The notes below the pieces were generated by a model. The model had not been told where the DNA came from and did not search any database. It saw only the letters and a list, made by a program, of their open reading frames with translations. The translations under genes and the position numbers were made by a program. Positions 34,210 to 46,941 of a DNA stretch of 64,000 nt are shown here, in pieces. The DNA is from Schmidtea nova (taxonomy: Eukaryota): positions 122,202,001 through 122,266,000 of the forward strand of contig CM097883.1 of NCBI GenBank assembly GCA_044892505.1, written 5' to 3'. Position 1 is the stretch's first letter; every line of letters starts with the position of its first letter.

Positions 34210-36630
34210 TCATTTGGTGATCGCCTTTGATAGTTTATGGTCTTTTCTAGTAGTCATTTTTCTAATGTCTGTATTTTTAGGTGGTAAACAAGATGTAGAC
34301 TGCGCATCAATATCAGTTTCTAAGAGAGCCGATTTAATGATACCTGTATTATTTGAATCTGCGACATTGGAGCTAACGCTAACATCTTTACAAGTGTCTT
34401 TAGAAATTTCAATAACATCAACAGATTCACTACTAGTCAGAAGATTTTCAAGAGAGTCAACAAGATCAAAGATAACTGAAGTCATTTCAGCATTACAAAT
34501 TTTACGACATTTAATCGGAACATGAAAATAATCTATGTTCTTATTCAAAAATCTTTTCTTGTCTCTTATTATAAAGTATATCAGTCGTTTAGCCTTGATT
34601 ATGTTAATGTCATCACACTCAGAACGGAATTCATTTATGTGTGAAAAGACAGAGTCTATTGCATTCAGTTGGTTACTTTTTTGGGGAAACAAGTTATTAA
34701 TTAATTTTAAAAATTTATTAATTCTTTTAATTGTATCTTGTGAAATTATATTTTTTAATTTATCAATCTCACAGGTCAGCATCCATTGTTTGAATTTTAT
34801 AAGTTTTTCCTGACAACTAATTCTAAAGTATGAAGACGAAGGTATTTTATCAACAAATTCAGAGCCCCACACTTCAAAAGAGTCAATAGTCAAGGAATCG
34901 CATTTAACACAGTCTATAACTGAATGAATAAGTAAGGAATTACGGAAATAATTGACAACATAATTATCATAATTTATATTTCTTGAATATTTAATATTAC
35001 TTTTTAAGTTTAAATAATTAAGATAGTAAATTAATTCCACAATCTTAATAGGAGAAGCGGGTAATGATAAAAGTTGATCTAAATGCTTATCAGTTCTACA
35101 CATTTCATGCAAATCAAATAACCCAATATTAAACATTATATCAGAGGCATTGCTAGAATCAGCTTCTTTCATCGCAGATTTACAATCAACAGTAAATTTA
35201 CCATCTATAAATGAAATGTTCTTTGGAAAATCCTTATTTAATTTTAAACTATTAATTAAATTAATTAATTTATCAGGATTTTTTGAAATATTTTCAATAA
35301 AAATCATTTCTTTTAGTTCAGGGTAATCGAGATAGAGTTTATTTATTTGTGATCTTGTAAGATTATTTGAAATTAATTCAAAACCAGCATTATGACAATT
35401 ATCAGAAGTGGAAAAGTCTTTCATTATAAAGTCACCGTCAACATACCTTATTTCTGATTTAACAAGAAAGTCTGGCAATTGTTTTTGCAATTTTAACAAA
35501 TCTAAGGCTTTATTAATAACGCTTCCCTTTTGAATTTCATTTTTAATAGAGACAGTTTCTGCCAATTTGCTTGAGAGAGCAAATAAAAATTTTTTTATTT
35601 CTAAAGGTGCAGGAATGAGGTTAGATGTAAAATTATCGGTAGAAATAATATCCGAAATAAATGTTTTTTTCTTATTTAAAATATTAAGGTTTTGAGGAAG
35701 TTGATTAGAGTTAGCCATTTTATTACTATTTAATTTAATCGAAGCACAAAAATTATTGTTTCGATAAAATATGTGATCAAAATCCTCAACAAACTTAAAA
35801 TTTGAATTATTTATTAAAGAAAGTTCATAATTTATACGATCATATTTATTTACGGATTTCTTTAATTTTAATAGTTCTTTTAAACGTGGAAAATTATTAA
35901 TTAAATTGGTACGCTCATTTTTAGTTAAAATCCGGGGTAAAAAATCAAATTTAAATTCATCAATTTTAACATTTCTTTTCCCCTTATTTAGTGAAATTTT
36001 AACAGATTTTTTAATTAAAGTTTTACTAAAACTATCATCAGAAACTAGGTCTAAATTTTGACCGTCTGCTTCAGCGTAAGATTTATCAGAAGGTTTTGGT
36101 ATATCATTTATATCATTAGAATTATTATTTAATTTTATATTACTATTTAATTTAGAAATATGATTATTTTTATTATTATTAAAATTATGAAAATTAGGAG
36201 CATTATCAAAATTATTAACGTTTAAAGAATTCAAGATTCCAACAATCAAATCAAGTTTACCCTGAAAATCAACAAAGTTCTTCTCCAGAGCAACCATTCG
36301 TTTGAAAAGTCCGTCATCAGAAGTTGGAGGAAAAGAAATTCCATCTGATTTTTCAGGCAAAACATCCATTTTAGATTGTGTCTTGGGTAAATAATTTGCC
36401 TGAAAAGCATTGAAATTTCTCTCAAGAATCTCCACTCGTCTGCCAGGTTCATCTTTAAGCATAGAGATTTTTTCTGATCTTTTCTTTAAAATATCCATAA
36501 GACATTGAGAAGATTGAATTTGTCTTCTCAGAAAATCAACGATTAGCATATTTTCATTTAGATTTGACTGATTACACAATAAATCATCAGGGTGACTCTG
36601 ATTGGCCGATTGCATAATTCCAGTGTGCAT
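34210..36630 (-). CDS. ORF1 of copy 3 (806 aa)
   Basis: Near-identical to the other copies. Confidence 0.8.
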   Translation of the reverse strand: MHTGIMQSANQSHPDDLLCNQSNLNENMLIVDFLRRQIQSSQCLMDILKKRSEKISMLKDEPGRRVEILERNFNAFQANYLPKTQSKMDVLPEKSDGISFPPTSDDGLFKRMVALEKNFVDFQGKLDLIVGILNSLNVNNFDNAPNFHNFNNNKNNHISKLNSNIKLNNNSNDINDIPKPSDKSYAEADGQNLDLVSDDSFSKTLIKKSVKISLNKGKRNVKIDEFKFDFLPRILTKNERTNLINNFPRLKELLKLKKSVNKYDRINYELSLINNSNFKFVEDFDHIFYRNNNFCASIKLNSNKMANSNQLPQNLNILNKKKTFISDIISTDNFTSNLIPAPLEIKKFLFALSSKLAETVSIKNEIQKGSVINKALDLLKLQKQLPDFLVKSEIRYVDGDFIMKDFSTSDNCHNAGFELISNNLTRSQINKLYLDYPELKEMIFIENISKNPDKLINLINSLKLNKDFPKNISFIDGKFTVDCKSAMKEADSSNASDIMFNIGLFDLHEMCRTDKHLDQLLSLPASPIKIVELIYYLNYLNLKSNIKYSRNINYDNYVVNYFRNSLLIHSVIDCVKCDSLTIDSFEVWGSEFVDKIPSSSYFRISCQEKLIKFKQWMLTCEIDKLKNIISQDTIKRINKFLKLINNLFPQKSNQLNAIDSVFSHINEFRSECDDINIIKAKRLIYFIIRDKKRFLNKNIDYFHVPIKCRKICNAEMTSVIFDLVDSLENLLTSSESVDVIEISKDTCKDVSVSSNVADSNNTGIIKSALLETDIDAQSTSCLPPKNTDIRKMTTRKDHKLSKAITK

Positions 36631-37409
36631 GATTGAGTAGAATTATTTTCCTTTTTCAACGATTTACTAGACCAGTGCTCTAACCACTGAGCTACGAAGG
36701 CTTGAAATTTGAGAGATTTGGATATAAATCTCTAAATTGGCATTCTGTACCGAAAAAATCAAAATCCAACCGATACACAAGTGTCGGACAATCAATAGGA
36801 TTATTGTGTATAAATTTTTCTAATACGAGAAACAAAAACGGACAAGATTAATGTTGATGTCATAAAATTTATTTAGGAAAAAAGTTGCCTTCGGTGAGAA
36901 TTGAACTCACGACCCCTGGTTTACTAGATTAAACATTTATTATGATAACAAATTTTAGATTTTACACAAATGAGACGGTTCAACTTGGAACCTGCCATTC
37001 AAATCAATAATGTTTTAATGAGACAATTTTCAGTTTTTGTAATATCACATTGCGAAAATATCTGTCTCAAGAAATCAAATCTCTTTGAATCTTCTCTGGC
37101 ATTCTCTGATTTTCATCGGGATATCATTCCGGCTTTGCGATTTCAAGTTGAGAATAGTATCAAAATTGAAGTTCTCGCAGCTGCATTTTTCTGATTTACA
37201 GGACAGTTGAATACAATATGATCTCGATGCTAGATATTATTTCAAATGCTTTTTTTCTAAATTAAAAATAGAGCAATTCTCTGAATAAAGATTAGGATAA
37301 TAAACTTTAATGACTTTCAAGGTAGTCAAGAAATGACTAACGGAAAAAATGAATTACACAAAACAGAAAAATAATGGTAATGCTCCTAATTTCGCAATAA
37401 AAATAATTT

Positions 37410-40400
37410 TTATGTGGTTGGAAGAAAACCAGTAGCATGAAAATGCCATGTTTTGGCAGAGTGCGAGATGTTACTAAGCGCACATGCTTTCAATAGATCG
37501 GGTATTTTCGAAATCTTTACACCCATTTTTTCAAGAACATCATTAGTTGCTGGTGGAACAGATCCTAAAGAACCAATTATACAAGTGTACAAGTCAACTG
37601 TAAAGTTTGGTTTAGCTGATTTGATTTTCAATTTTAGAGATTCATATTTTTCTATATTTCTTTTATTGACATCATCAAAATTTGCTATTGTGTCAAAGGG
37701 ACACTTTACGTCAACCATGAGAATTGTCTTTTTGTCATTGTTGGTAATAATTAAATCAACTCGTTCTTTAGAGTCGCGAACTAACGAACATGCATGGTCC
37801 ACTACAACAATCAATTTAGGGTCTTTTAAATGTTGAGTAATCTGTTCGAGACAGTCGTTGTGACGCGAAAGTGCAAGAATTTGATGAACTTTACAATTTT
37901 GTAGGACATGTAACAAAGTTTCTTCATCTTTATGACAACGTCGACAAATCCTCTCATCAGGTTTTCTATATGGTTTTGCGAAATTAGCTAGAGTATTTGT
38001 TCTTGCACGATGGATGAATTTCCAAGAACCTTCACGCAATTTCCCTCTAAATATCGCTTTGTTTATGTCGGGAGATAAGCTATATGCTGATGACCCACTT
38101 ATGTTACTATTTTTCCATTTAGTAAAATAAGAGTCATAGAGAGCAAGGTGCAAAATCTTTGAGATGGCTTTTCGGTTTAAGCACTTCAATATAATTGTGC
38201 CATTTGTAATTGTTGTGAGACGAATGATGGGTTCGTTTTCCAACACTTCAAACGATATTGTTATTTTGTGTGTCTTTTCAAAATATTGAATTGCTGTGCG
38301 TGGTCGGTAAAATCGGGTTTTCTTTCCCGAATGTTGTTTAATCATGTTGGCTCCATTAATCCAACTGAAGCTTTCTTGTAGCGATGGGTTGTTAATTCCA
38401 AGTCGAGGCCCAGTTACAAACTTTAGTGAATCTATATTTATCTTTTTTGCCAAGGGACAGATTGAAGTAAAAAGTCTAAAGAAATGACTGATGGTTTGTG
38501 TGTGATATTCGTCGAGTAGATCAATACAAGAAGCACCTCCATTTTCAATAGAGTTGTAAAAGTAGCTGATTTCAGAATGATCAGACAAATTCATCATTTT
38601 TCTTAAATACTTCCTAAGCTTTGTTGTACTATTACCGATATTAGCAGAAAGAGCACTAATTTTAATTTCTCTTGTTCTAAATGGGAAAATTAGACGAGAG
38701 TGTATGAAAATCTTGTAAGCTTTCAGCTTTTGCCAGCCGTACAAGTCTGAGTCGGCAAGTTTCTTGGTATCACTAACCACCTTATCAAGGATGTCATAAG
38801 GACTTTGGTCAGGGTCTTCACCTATTGGTACTCCAAGATATTCATAAAATTCTTTATTTAATAATTTCTTAATGATTGTATTGTCGACAGTTATCTCACT
38901 TGTTGTATTGACACTTGGAAGTTGAATAAATGCACATTTTTCTGGTCGATACTCAAAGCCTATTTCAGATGCAGTGTCATGTGCAATGTTTATTATCATT
39001 TGCAAGTCCTTAGCATTATTAGCAATAAGAGCAATATCGTCAGCATATGCAAGAACTTGGATTGAAGATTCACCAAGTTTAAAAGGATTGACACTTGAAA
39101 GACTAACAGCTTGAAGAACAGGATTGATTGCTATTGCAAACAAGACCATTGAAAGAGGATATCCTTGTTTAACTCCTTGTTTTATTGCAATGTTTGGTGT
39201 TACAATCGGACCACAGGTATAGAAGGAGCTAGTTTCAGTGTACAAAAGTTTCAAAATCTTAGTAAATTTCTCACTCATTCCAATATGACGCAAAATCGCC
39301 CACATGTAATCATGAGGTACACTACCAAAAGCGTCCTTAATGTCAAGAAATGCAATAGCAACAGGTGTATTTTTACTGTATTTCGAGTGTTCAAGACAAG
39401 ATGAAAGTATGGAATTGTGTTCAACACATCCATCATGAATAGAACCTCCTTTTTGTCCAACATGAAGAACATTATTTAGATTCACCCACAGTGTCAAACG
39501 TCTAGCTAAAATTGATGAGAATAATTTGTAAACAACAGATAACAAAGCAATTGGACGCCAAGATGAGATTAAAGTGTATTTATCACCCTTGTCGTGTTTA
39601 GGAATCATTAACGTTTTGAAGGTTTTCCAAACGTCTGGAATTGTATTTTCCCTAATGATTTTATTAAATAAAAAGGTCAACAATTTACCCTCTGGATCAA
39701 GAATTGCAATGTCTTTATATTGAATTCCATCAAGCCCAGGAGAAGTATTATCAGCGTTTTTCAACTCATAGAGTACCTCTTTTTCACTGATCAAATTCAG
39801 ATTTAGAGTATTTAAAGATTTAATTGCAAATTTAAAAACTTTGTCATGATTCTTTAAAATAGGATCTCGATGACTAAAATTATCTATGTGATCTTTAATT
39901 GTTGGTCTATCCTTTATGTCGTCACTCATAAATATTTTATTTATTGTCTTTTTCATATTTTTATTAAAAGATGACGCCAAGTTAGTATTAGATGGTTTGT
40001 CTTTATTTGTTTTGTTTCCTAAATATGGCCTACGTAATTTAGTTAAATTGACTTCTTCTTTACTTTTGGCAATAGTAGTAATAATAAATTCCGTTATTTC
40101 GTTAACATTTGAATTTTGTAGATTTAACAAATGCTCATTTATCAAAGTTATACGTTGATTTATTTTAAGTTTAACATGTTGCTTTTCAATTTGTAAAGGC
40201 GTTAATGGAATTTCCATACATTCTTTTACAGGTGGTAGGAGAGAATTTACAACATTACCAATGTCATGCAAATTAATGTTTTCAAGAGACAAGTCTAGAG
40301 CGTAGTTCTTGATGAAAGCACAGGTGAGAACCCTGCTTACAAGACCAGAACCTCGAACATCATGTGGACAATTACCAGTTTTGCTACAAAGACCAGGAGA

Positions 40401-41972
40401 TTCTCGTATTTCATTGACTTTAGTTATTAAAGCTTTAGCAGTAGATAGGTAAGGAGCATTATTCTCTAAAGTTGTTGGGTTTAATAAATAATGTTCATTA
40501 TTGTTGTAGTCAATGACAAGCAGGATTTGTTGAGCTTGTGGTGGAGCAATAATTGAAAAAACAACTTGTGCTTTAGTTAGACGATCAATATTTAAAAAAT
40601 CATTCAAATATTGAGTGCAGTCATCTAATATTGCAGTGCAAATGGTATTGTTTAAAAATATGAAACTTTCACACAGATTTAAATTATTAAAATAATTTGT
40701 TAAAATATTATTCGTAATTTTAAAATTTAAAAAGTTTAGATTTAATGCCACTTGACCAAGTATTTTGGAATGAATAGTGTCGAGCTTTTCAATTACTCTA
40801 TCTCTATTGCAAATAGATCCTGAAATATATTGCTCCAAAAACATTATGAAAGTCGTGGCATGTTCTATTGGATCATCAGAAAACATTGAAGTTCGAAAAA
40901 GAGTATGACGATGTTATTGAAATTTTATTGAATTTTCTAAGATAAATTTATTTAAATAATCTGTCATATTTTCTCCAATTCCCAGCAGTCTTTCAGTTAT
41001 ATTCGTAGAGCGAACGTCAAAAATATAACTGCAGCCAAGACTAATTGAACAAAGAAAGAGACACCAATAGTTATCATTTGGAACAATACTGATAATAATG
41101 CGAATATCCTTAAATTGTTTAAAAGTAACATTGTCTCTTATATAAATATTATTTTGATTAATCAAATTAATTGTTAGTTCAGGAGAAAACACAAGCACAC
41201 TTGGATCATTTTGAAACCACTTATTTAAGAGTGTAGAAACACAAGCTTTCTCGTTGTTAAGTTTTATTGGTTTAACAATGTTGTTATTTTGGTGAATATT
41301 CTTTTTAAGCGCCATTGCTTTATTTAAATTAATTTTATTAAGAAAATGATTCTTTGGCAATCCACCACCCGATAATTTGACATTGTGATTTGATTGACCT
41401 TTTTTAAAATCGTGGATCTGTTTTCTAATGTTCAAGATAAAATCATCAGGTAAACATTCCCATTCTCCACTAACAATCATTGCGTATGCACAAATAAAAG
41501 GTCCACAATCAAAATCATTATTTTGATATTTGAGATTTTTAATTGGATTGTCAGTTATTTGGTTGTGACGTTTGAATTTATTATTTAATACTGAGTTTAT
41601 TTTTAGAGCATTAACTTTGCTGTCTAATCTATTCCTATAATTAAAGATTGGATCAATAAAATAAGACGTCAAAGAAGTCTTGCAATAAACAAACAAGACC
41701 CAATGGCAATTATTAATATTGAGAGGACACAATATTACTTGGGATTCAAAAATTGTTTGAGGTATCGGAAAAATATCATCGGTCATATTTGAGCATAAAA
41801 TACTTACAACAAAACATTTAATGAAAGCAAAACTAGGGTTGCTGATGTGACTTTCAAAGAAATAGTCAATGTCATCATCAGTGAACCAACATTTTAAATC
41901 ATGAATGTCAAGAGTGCATTCTGCATCAGTCTCGTCAGACAATGCAGTACATGTAGAGGCTGATGCAGGCAC
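37410..41972 (-). pseudogene. ORF2 of copy 4, split by Q353*
   Basis: 352 and 1158 aa track ORFs. Confidence 0.9.
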
Positions 41973-41978
41973 ATCCCA

Positions 41979-44399
41979 TCATTTGGTGATCGCCTTTGAT
42001 AGTTTATGGTCTTTTCTAGTAGTCATTTTTCTAATGTCTGTATTTTTAGGTGGTAAACAAGATGTAGACTGCGCATCAATATCAGTTTCTAAGAGAGCCG
42101 ATTTAATGATACCTGTATTATTTGAATCTGCGACATTGGAGCTAACGCTAACATCTTTACAAGTGTCTTTAGAAATTTCAATAACATCAACAGATTCACT
42201 ACTAGTCAGAAGATTTTCAAGAGAGTCAACAAGATCAAAGATAACTGAAGTCATTTCAGCATTACAAATTTTACGACATTTAATCGGAACATGAAAATAA
42301 TCTATGTTCTTATTCAAAAATCTTTTCTTGTCTCTTATTATAAAGTATATCAGTCGTTTAGCCTTGATTATGTTAATGTCATCACACTCAGAACGGAATT
42401 CATTTATGTGTGAAAAGACAGAGTCTATTGCATTCAGTTGGTTACTTTTTTGGGGAAACAAGTTATTAATTAATTTTAAAAATTTATTAATTCTTTTAAT
42501 TGTATCTTGTGAAATTATATTTTTTAATTTATCAATCTCACAGGTCAGCATCCATTGTTTGAATTTTATAAGTTTTTCCTGACAACTAATTCTAAAGTAT
42601 GAAGACGAAGGTATTTTATCAACAAATTCAGAGCCCCACACTTCAAAAGAGTCAATAGTCAAGGAATCGCATTTAACACAGTCTATAACTGAATGAATAA
42701 GTAAGGAATTACGGAAATAATTGACAACATAATTATCATAATTTATATTTCTTGAATATTTAATATTACTTTTTAAGTTTAAATAATTAAGATAGTAAAT
42801 TAATTCCACAATCTTAATAGGAGAAGCGGGTAATGATAAAAGTTGATCTAAATGCTTATCAGTTCTACACATTTCATGCAAATCAAATAACCCAATATTA
42901 AACATTATATCAGAGGCATTGCTAGAATCAGCTTCTTTCATCGCAGATTTACAATCAACAGTAAATTTACCATCTATAAATGAAATGTTCTTTGGAAAAT
43001 CCTTATTTAATTTTAAACTATTAATTAAATTAATTAATTTATCAGGATTTTTTGAAATATTTTCAATAAAAATCATTTCTTTTAGTTCAGGGTAATCGAG
43101 ATAGAGTTTATTTATTTGTGATCTTGTAAGATTATTTGAAATTAATTCAAAACCAGCATTATGACAATTATCAGAAGTGGAAAAGTCTTTCATTATAAAG
43201 TCACCGTCAACATACCTTATTTCTGATTTAACAAGAAAGTCTGGCAATTGTTTTTGCAATTTTAACAAATCTAAGGCTTTATTAATAACGCTTCCCTTTT
43301 GAATTTCATTTTTAATAGAGACAGTTTCTGCCAATTTGCTTGAGAGAGCAAATAAAAATTTTTTTATTTCTAAAGGTGCAGGAATGAGGTTAGATGTAAA
43401 ATTATCGGTAGAAATAATATCCGAAATAAATGTTTTTTTCTTATTTAAAATATTAAGGTTTTGAGGAAGTTGATTAGAGTTAGCCATTTTATTACTATTT
43501 AATTTAATCGAAGCACAAAAATTATTGTTTCGATAAAATATGTGATCAAAATCCTCAACAAACTTAAAATTTGAATTATTTATTAAAGAAAGTTCATAAT
43601 TTATACGATCATATTTATTTACGGATTTCTTTAATTTTAATAGTTCTTTTAAACGTGGAAAATTATTAATTAAATTGGTACGCTCATTTTTAGTTAAAAT
43701 CCGGGGTAAAAAATCAAATTTAAATTCATCAATTTTAACATTTCTTTTCCCCTTATTTAGTGAAATTTTAACAGATTTTTTAATTAAAGTTTTACTAAAA
43801 CTATCATCAGAAACTAGGTCTAAATTTTGACCGTCTGCTTCAGCGTAAGATTTATCAGAAGGTTTTGGTATATCATTTATATCATTAGAATTATTATTTA
43901 ATTTTATATTACTATTTAATTTAGAAATATGATTATTTTTATTATTATTAAAATTATGAAAATTAGGAGCATTATCAAAATTATTAACGTTTAAAGAATT
44001 CAAGATTCCAACAATCAAATCAAGTTTACCCTGAAAATCAACAAAGTTCTTCTCCAGAGCAACCATTCGTTTGAAAAGTCCGTCATCAGAAGTTGGAGGA
44101 AAAGAAATTCCATCTGATTTTTCAGGCAAAACATCCATTTTAGATTGTGTCTTGGGTAAATAATTTGCCTGAAAAGCATTGAAATTTCTCTCAAGAATCT
44201 CCACTCGTCTGCCAGGTTCATCTTTAAGCATAGAGATTTTTTCTGATCTTTTCTTTAAAATATCCATAAGACATTGAGAAGATTGAATTTGTCTTCTCAG
44301 AAAATCAACGATTAGCATATTTTCATTTAGATTTGACTGATTACACAATAAATCATCAGGGTGACTCTGATTGGCCGATTGCATAATTCCAGTGTGCAT
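41979..44399 (-). CDS. ORF1 of copy 4 (806 aa)
   Basis: Same protein as copy 3 ORF1 in the track. Confidence 0.8.
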   Translation of the reverse strand: MHTGIMQSANQSHPDDLLCNQSNLNENMLIVDFLRRQIQSSQCLMDILKKRSEKISMLKDEPGRRVEILERNFNAFQANYLPKTQSKMDVLPEKSDGISFPPTSDDGLFKRMVALEKNFVDFQGKLDLIVGILNSLNVNNFDNAPNFHNFNNNKNNHISKLNSNIKLNNNSNDINDIPKPSDKSYAEADGQNLDLVSDDSFSKTLIKKSVKISLNKGKRNVKIDEFKFDFLPRILTKNERTNLINNFPRLKELLKLKKSVNKYDRINYELSLINNSNFKFVEDFDHIFYRNNNFCASIKLNSNKMANSNQLPQNLNILNKKKTFISDIISTDNFTSNLIPAPLEIKKFLFALSSKLAETVSIKNEIQKGSVINKALDLLKLQKQLPDFLVKSEIRYVDGDFIMKDFSTSDNCHNAGFELISNNLTRSQINKLYLDYPELKEMIFIENISKNPDKLINLINSLKLNKDFPKNISFIDGKFTVDCKSAMKEADSSNASDIMFNIGLFDLHEMCRTDKHLDQLLSLPASPIKIVELIYYLNYLNLKSNIKYSRNINYDNYVVNYFRNSLLIHSVIDCVKCDSLTIDSFEVWGSEFVDKIPSSSYFRISCQEKLIKFKQWMLTCEIDKLKNIISQDTIKRINKFLKLINNLFPQKSNQLNAIDSVFSHINEFRSECDDINIIKAKRLIYFIIRDKKRFLNKNIDYFHVPIKCRKICNAEMTSVIFDLVDSLENLLTSSESVDVIEISKDTCKDVSVSSNVADSNNTGIIKSALLETDIDAQSTSCLPPKNTDIRKMTTRKDHKLSKAITK

Positions 44400-44697
44400 G
44401 ATTGAGTAGAATTATTTTCCTTTTTCAACGATTTACTAGACCAGTGCTCTAACCACTGAGCTACGAAGGCTTGAAATTTGAGAGATTTGGATATAAATCT
44501 CTAAATTGGCATTCTGTACCGAAAAAATCAAAATCCAACCGATACACAAGTGTCGGACAATCAATAGGATTATTGTGTATAAATTTTTCTAATACGAGAA
44601 ACAAAAACGGACAAGATTAATGTTGATGTCATAAAATTTATTTAGGAAAAAAGTTGCCTTCGGTGAGAATTGAACTCACGACCCCTGGTTTACTAGA

Positions 44698-46041
44698 TTA
44701 AACATTTATTATGATAACAAATTTTAGATTGTACACAAATGAGTCGGTTCAACTTGGAACCTGCCATTCAAATCAATAATGTTTTAATGAGACAATTTTC
44801 AGTTTTTGTAATATCACATTGCGAAAATCACATTGCGAGATTAAAGTGTATTTATCACCCTTGTCGTGTTTAGGAATCATTAACGTTTTGAAGGATTTCC
44901 AAACGTCTGGAATTGTATTTTCCCTAATGATTTTATTAAATAAAAAGGTCAACAATTTACCCTCTGGATCAAGAATTGCAATGTCTTTATATTGAATTCC
45001 ATCAAGCCCAGGAGAAGTATTATCAGCGTTTTTCAACTCATAGAGTACCTCTTTTTCACTGATCAAATTCAGATTTAGAATATTTAAAGATTTAATTGCA
45101 AATTTAAAAACTTTGTCATGATTCTTTAAAATAGGATCTCGATGACTAAAATTATCTATGTGATCTTTAATTGTTGGTCTATCCTTTATGTCGTCACTCA
45201 TAAATATTTTATTTATTGTCTTTTTCATATTTTTATTAAAAGATGACGCCAAGTTAGTATTAGATGGTTTGTCTTTATTTGTTTTGTCTCCTAAATATGG
45301 CCTACGTAATTTAGTTAAATTGACTTCTTCTTTACTTTTGGCAATAGTAGTAATAATAAATTCCGTTATTTCGTTAACATTTGAATTTTGTAGATTTAAC
45401 AAATGCTCATTTATCAAAGTTATACGTTGATTTATTTTAAGTTTAACATGTTGTTTTTCAATTTGTAAAGGCGTTAATGGAATTTCCATACATTTTTTTA
45501 CAAGTGGTAGGAGAGAATTTATAACATTACCAATCTCATGCAAATTAATGTTTTCAAGAGACAAGTCTAGAGCGTAGTTCTTGATGAAAGCACAGATGAG
45601 AACCCTGCTTACAAGACCAGAACCTCGAACATCATGTGGACAATTACCAGTTTTGCTAGAAAGACCAGAAGATTCTCTTATTTCATTGATTTTAGTTATT
45701 AAAGCTTTAGCAGTAGATAAATAAGGAGCATTATTCTCTAAAGTTGTTTGGTTTAATAAATAATGTTCATTATTGTTGTAGTCGATGACAAGCAGGATTT
45801 GTTGAGCTTGTGGGGAGCAATAATTGAAAAAACAACTTGTGCTTTAGTTAGACGATCAATATTTAAAAAATCATTCAAATATTGAGTGCAGTCATCTAAT
45901 ATTGCAGTGCAAATTGTATTGTTTAAAAATATGAAATTTTCACACAAATTTAAATTATTAAAATAATTTGTTAAAATATTATTCGTAATTTTAAAATTTA
46001 AAAAGTTTAGATTTATTGCCACTTGACCAAGTATTTTGGAA
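44698..46041 (-). mobile_element. Retrotransposon copy 5, internally deleted (~2.5 kb) and 5'-truncated remnant
   Basis: Normal 3' junction after tttactaga (44689-44697); 3' UTR fused at ~44827-44838 to RT N-terminal sequence; homology stops at gtattttggaa (46041). Confidence 0.9.
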
Positions 46042-46063
46042 GAAACAATTTTTAGAAGAAACA

Positions 46064-46938
46064 ATGGAGGAAAATCAATTAATGGAAGCGGCCGAAGCAA
46101 ACGAAACGGTAGAAGCGGTGGAAGCGGTGGAATTTTGTCAAATAGGATGAAATATTATAGAACCACACCCAGTTATTGAACGTGATTTTAGGGGCTCGCA
46201 TCAAATTTTGAGAATTGACACTAGTGTCTTCAATATAAATAAAATTATATTTCCTCCTTCTTTAATAATTAAATTAAAATAAATAATTAATGAAATAGGT
46301 CATGTCAAAATTCAATTTGGTATTTGTGTTGAATTTGAGAAAGAAGGAGAAATTAAAATAAATAATACATCAAATAGCGCAAAGCCCTTGACACTGTCAT
46401 TTTTTGATGAAGGGATAAAAACAATAAATGAAAAGATATCATCAATGAGAGAATTAGGTAGTAGTTGGATTCTTAAAAGAATTACAGAAATTAGTTTTAT
46501 TGTTAAAAAAATTACAAATATAAGTAGATTAGCTTCTAGAAGTGATATAAAAACACCAGAAGAATTAGTTAGAAAGAAATGTATAGTAAATGTAAAAAAT
46601 AAAGATAATTTATGTTTTTTTTACAGTATTTTGATAATATTAAAATATGAATCAATAAATCGACATAGAGAAAGAGTTTCAAACTATAATGAGTTTTTGA
46701 CGGGCTTCGATTATGAATTATCAAAAATGCCTATGAAATTAAATAATATTAGGAAATTCGAAGCAAAGAATCCAGGATTAATTATTAATGTATTGACTTA
46801 TAATCCATCAGCTTCATTTAATCATGATGATTATTTTAAAACATCCACATTTGGATATCATTCATCGATCAAAAATGAAAGATGGCAAAATTATAAATTT
46901 ATTATTATTAAACGAAGGAAAATATTACCACTATGTAG
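46064..46938 (+). pseudogene. N-terminal part of a Polinton/Maverick-type protein-primed DNA polymerase B
   Basis: GHVKIQFGICVEF, GSSWILKRI, KKCIVNVKNKDNLCFFYSIL, KFEAKNPGLIINV, and ...NEGKYYHYV at the break; stops and frameshifts present. Confidence 0.75.
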
Positions 46939-46941
46939 GCT

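Larger units (their letters stand above)
29161..36662 (-). mobile_element. Retrotransposon copy 3 (7502 bp), ORF2 nonsense plus frameshift
   Basis: Same junctions; TAA at 33145-33147; T4 instead of T5 at 31682-31685; 39-bp 3' UTR deletion. Confidence 0.94.
36929..44431 (-). mobile_element. Retrotransposon copy 4 (7503 bp), ORF2 nonsense mutant
   Basis: Same junctions; TAA at 40914-40916; GCPLS>GYPLS at 39160; shares the 3' UTR deletion with copy 3. Confidence 0.94.
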
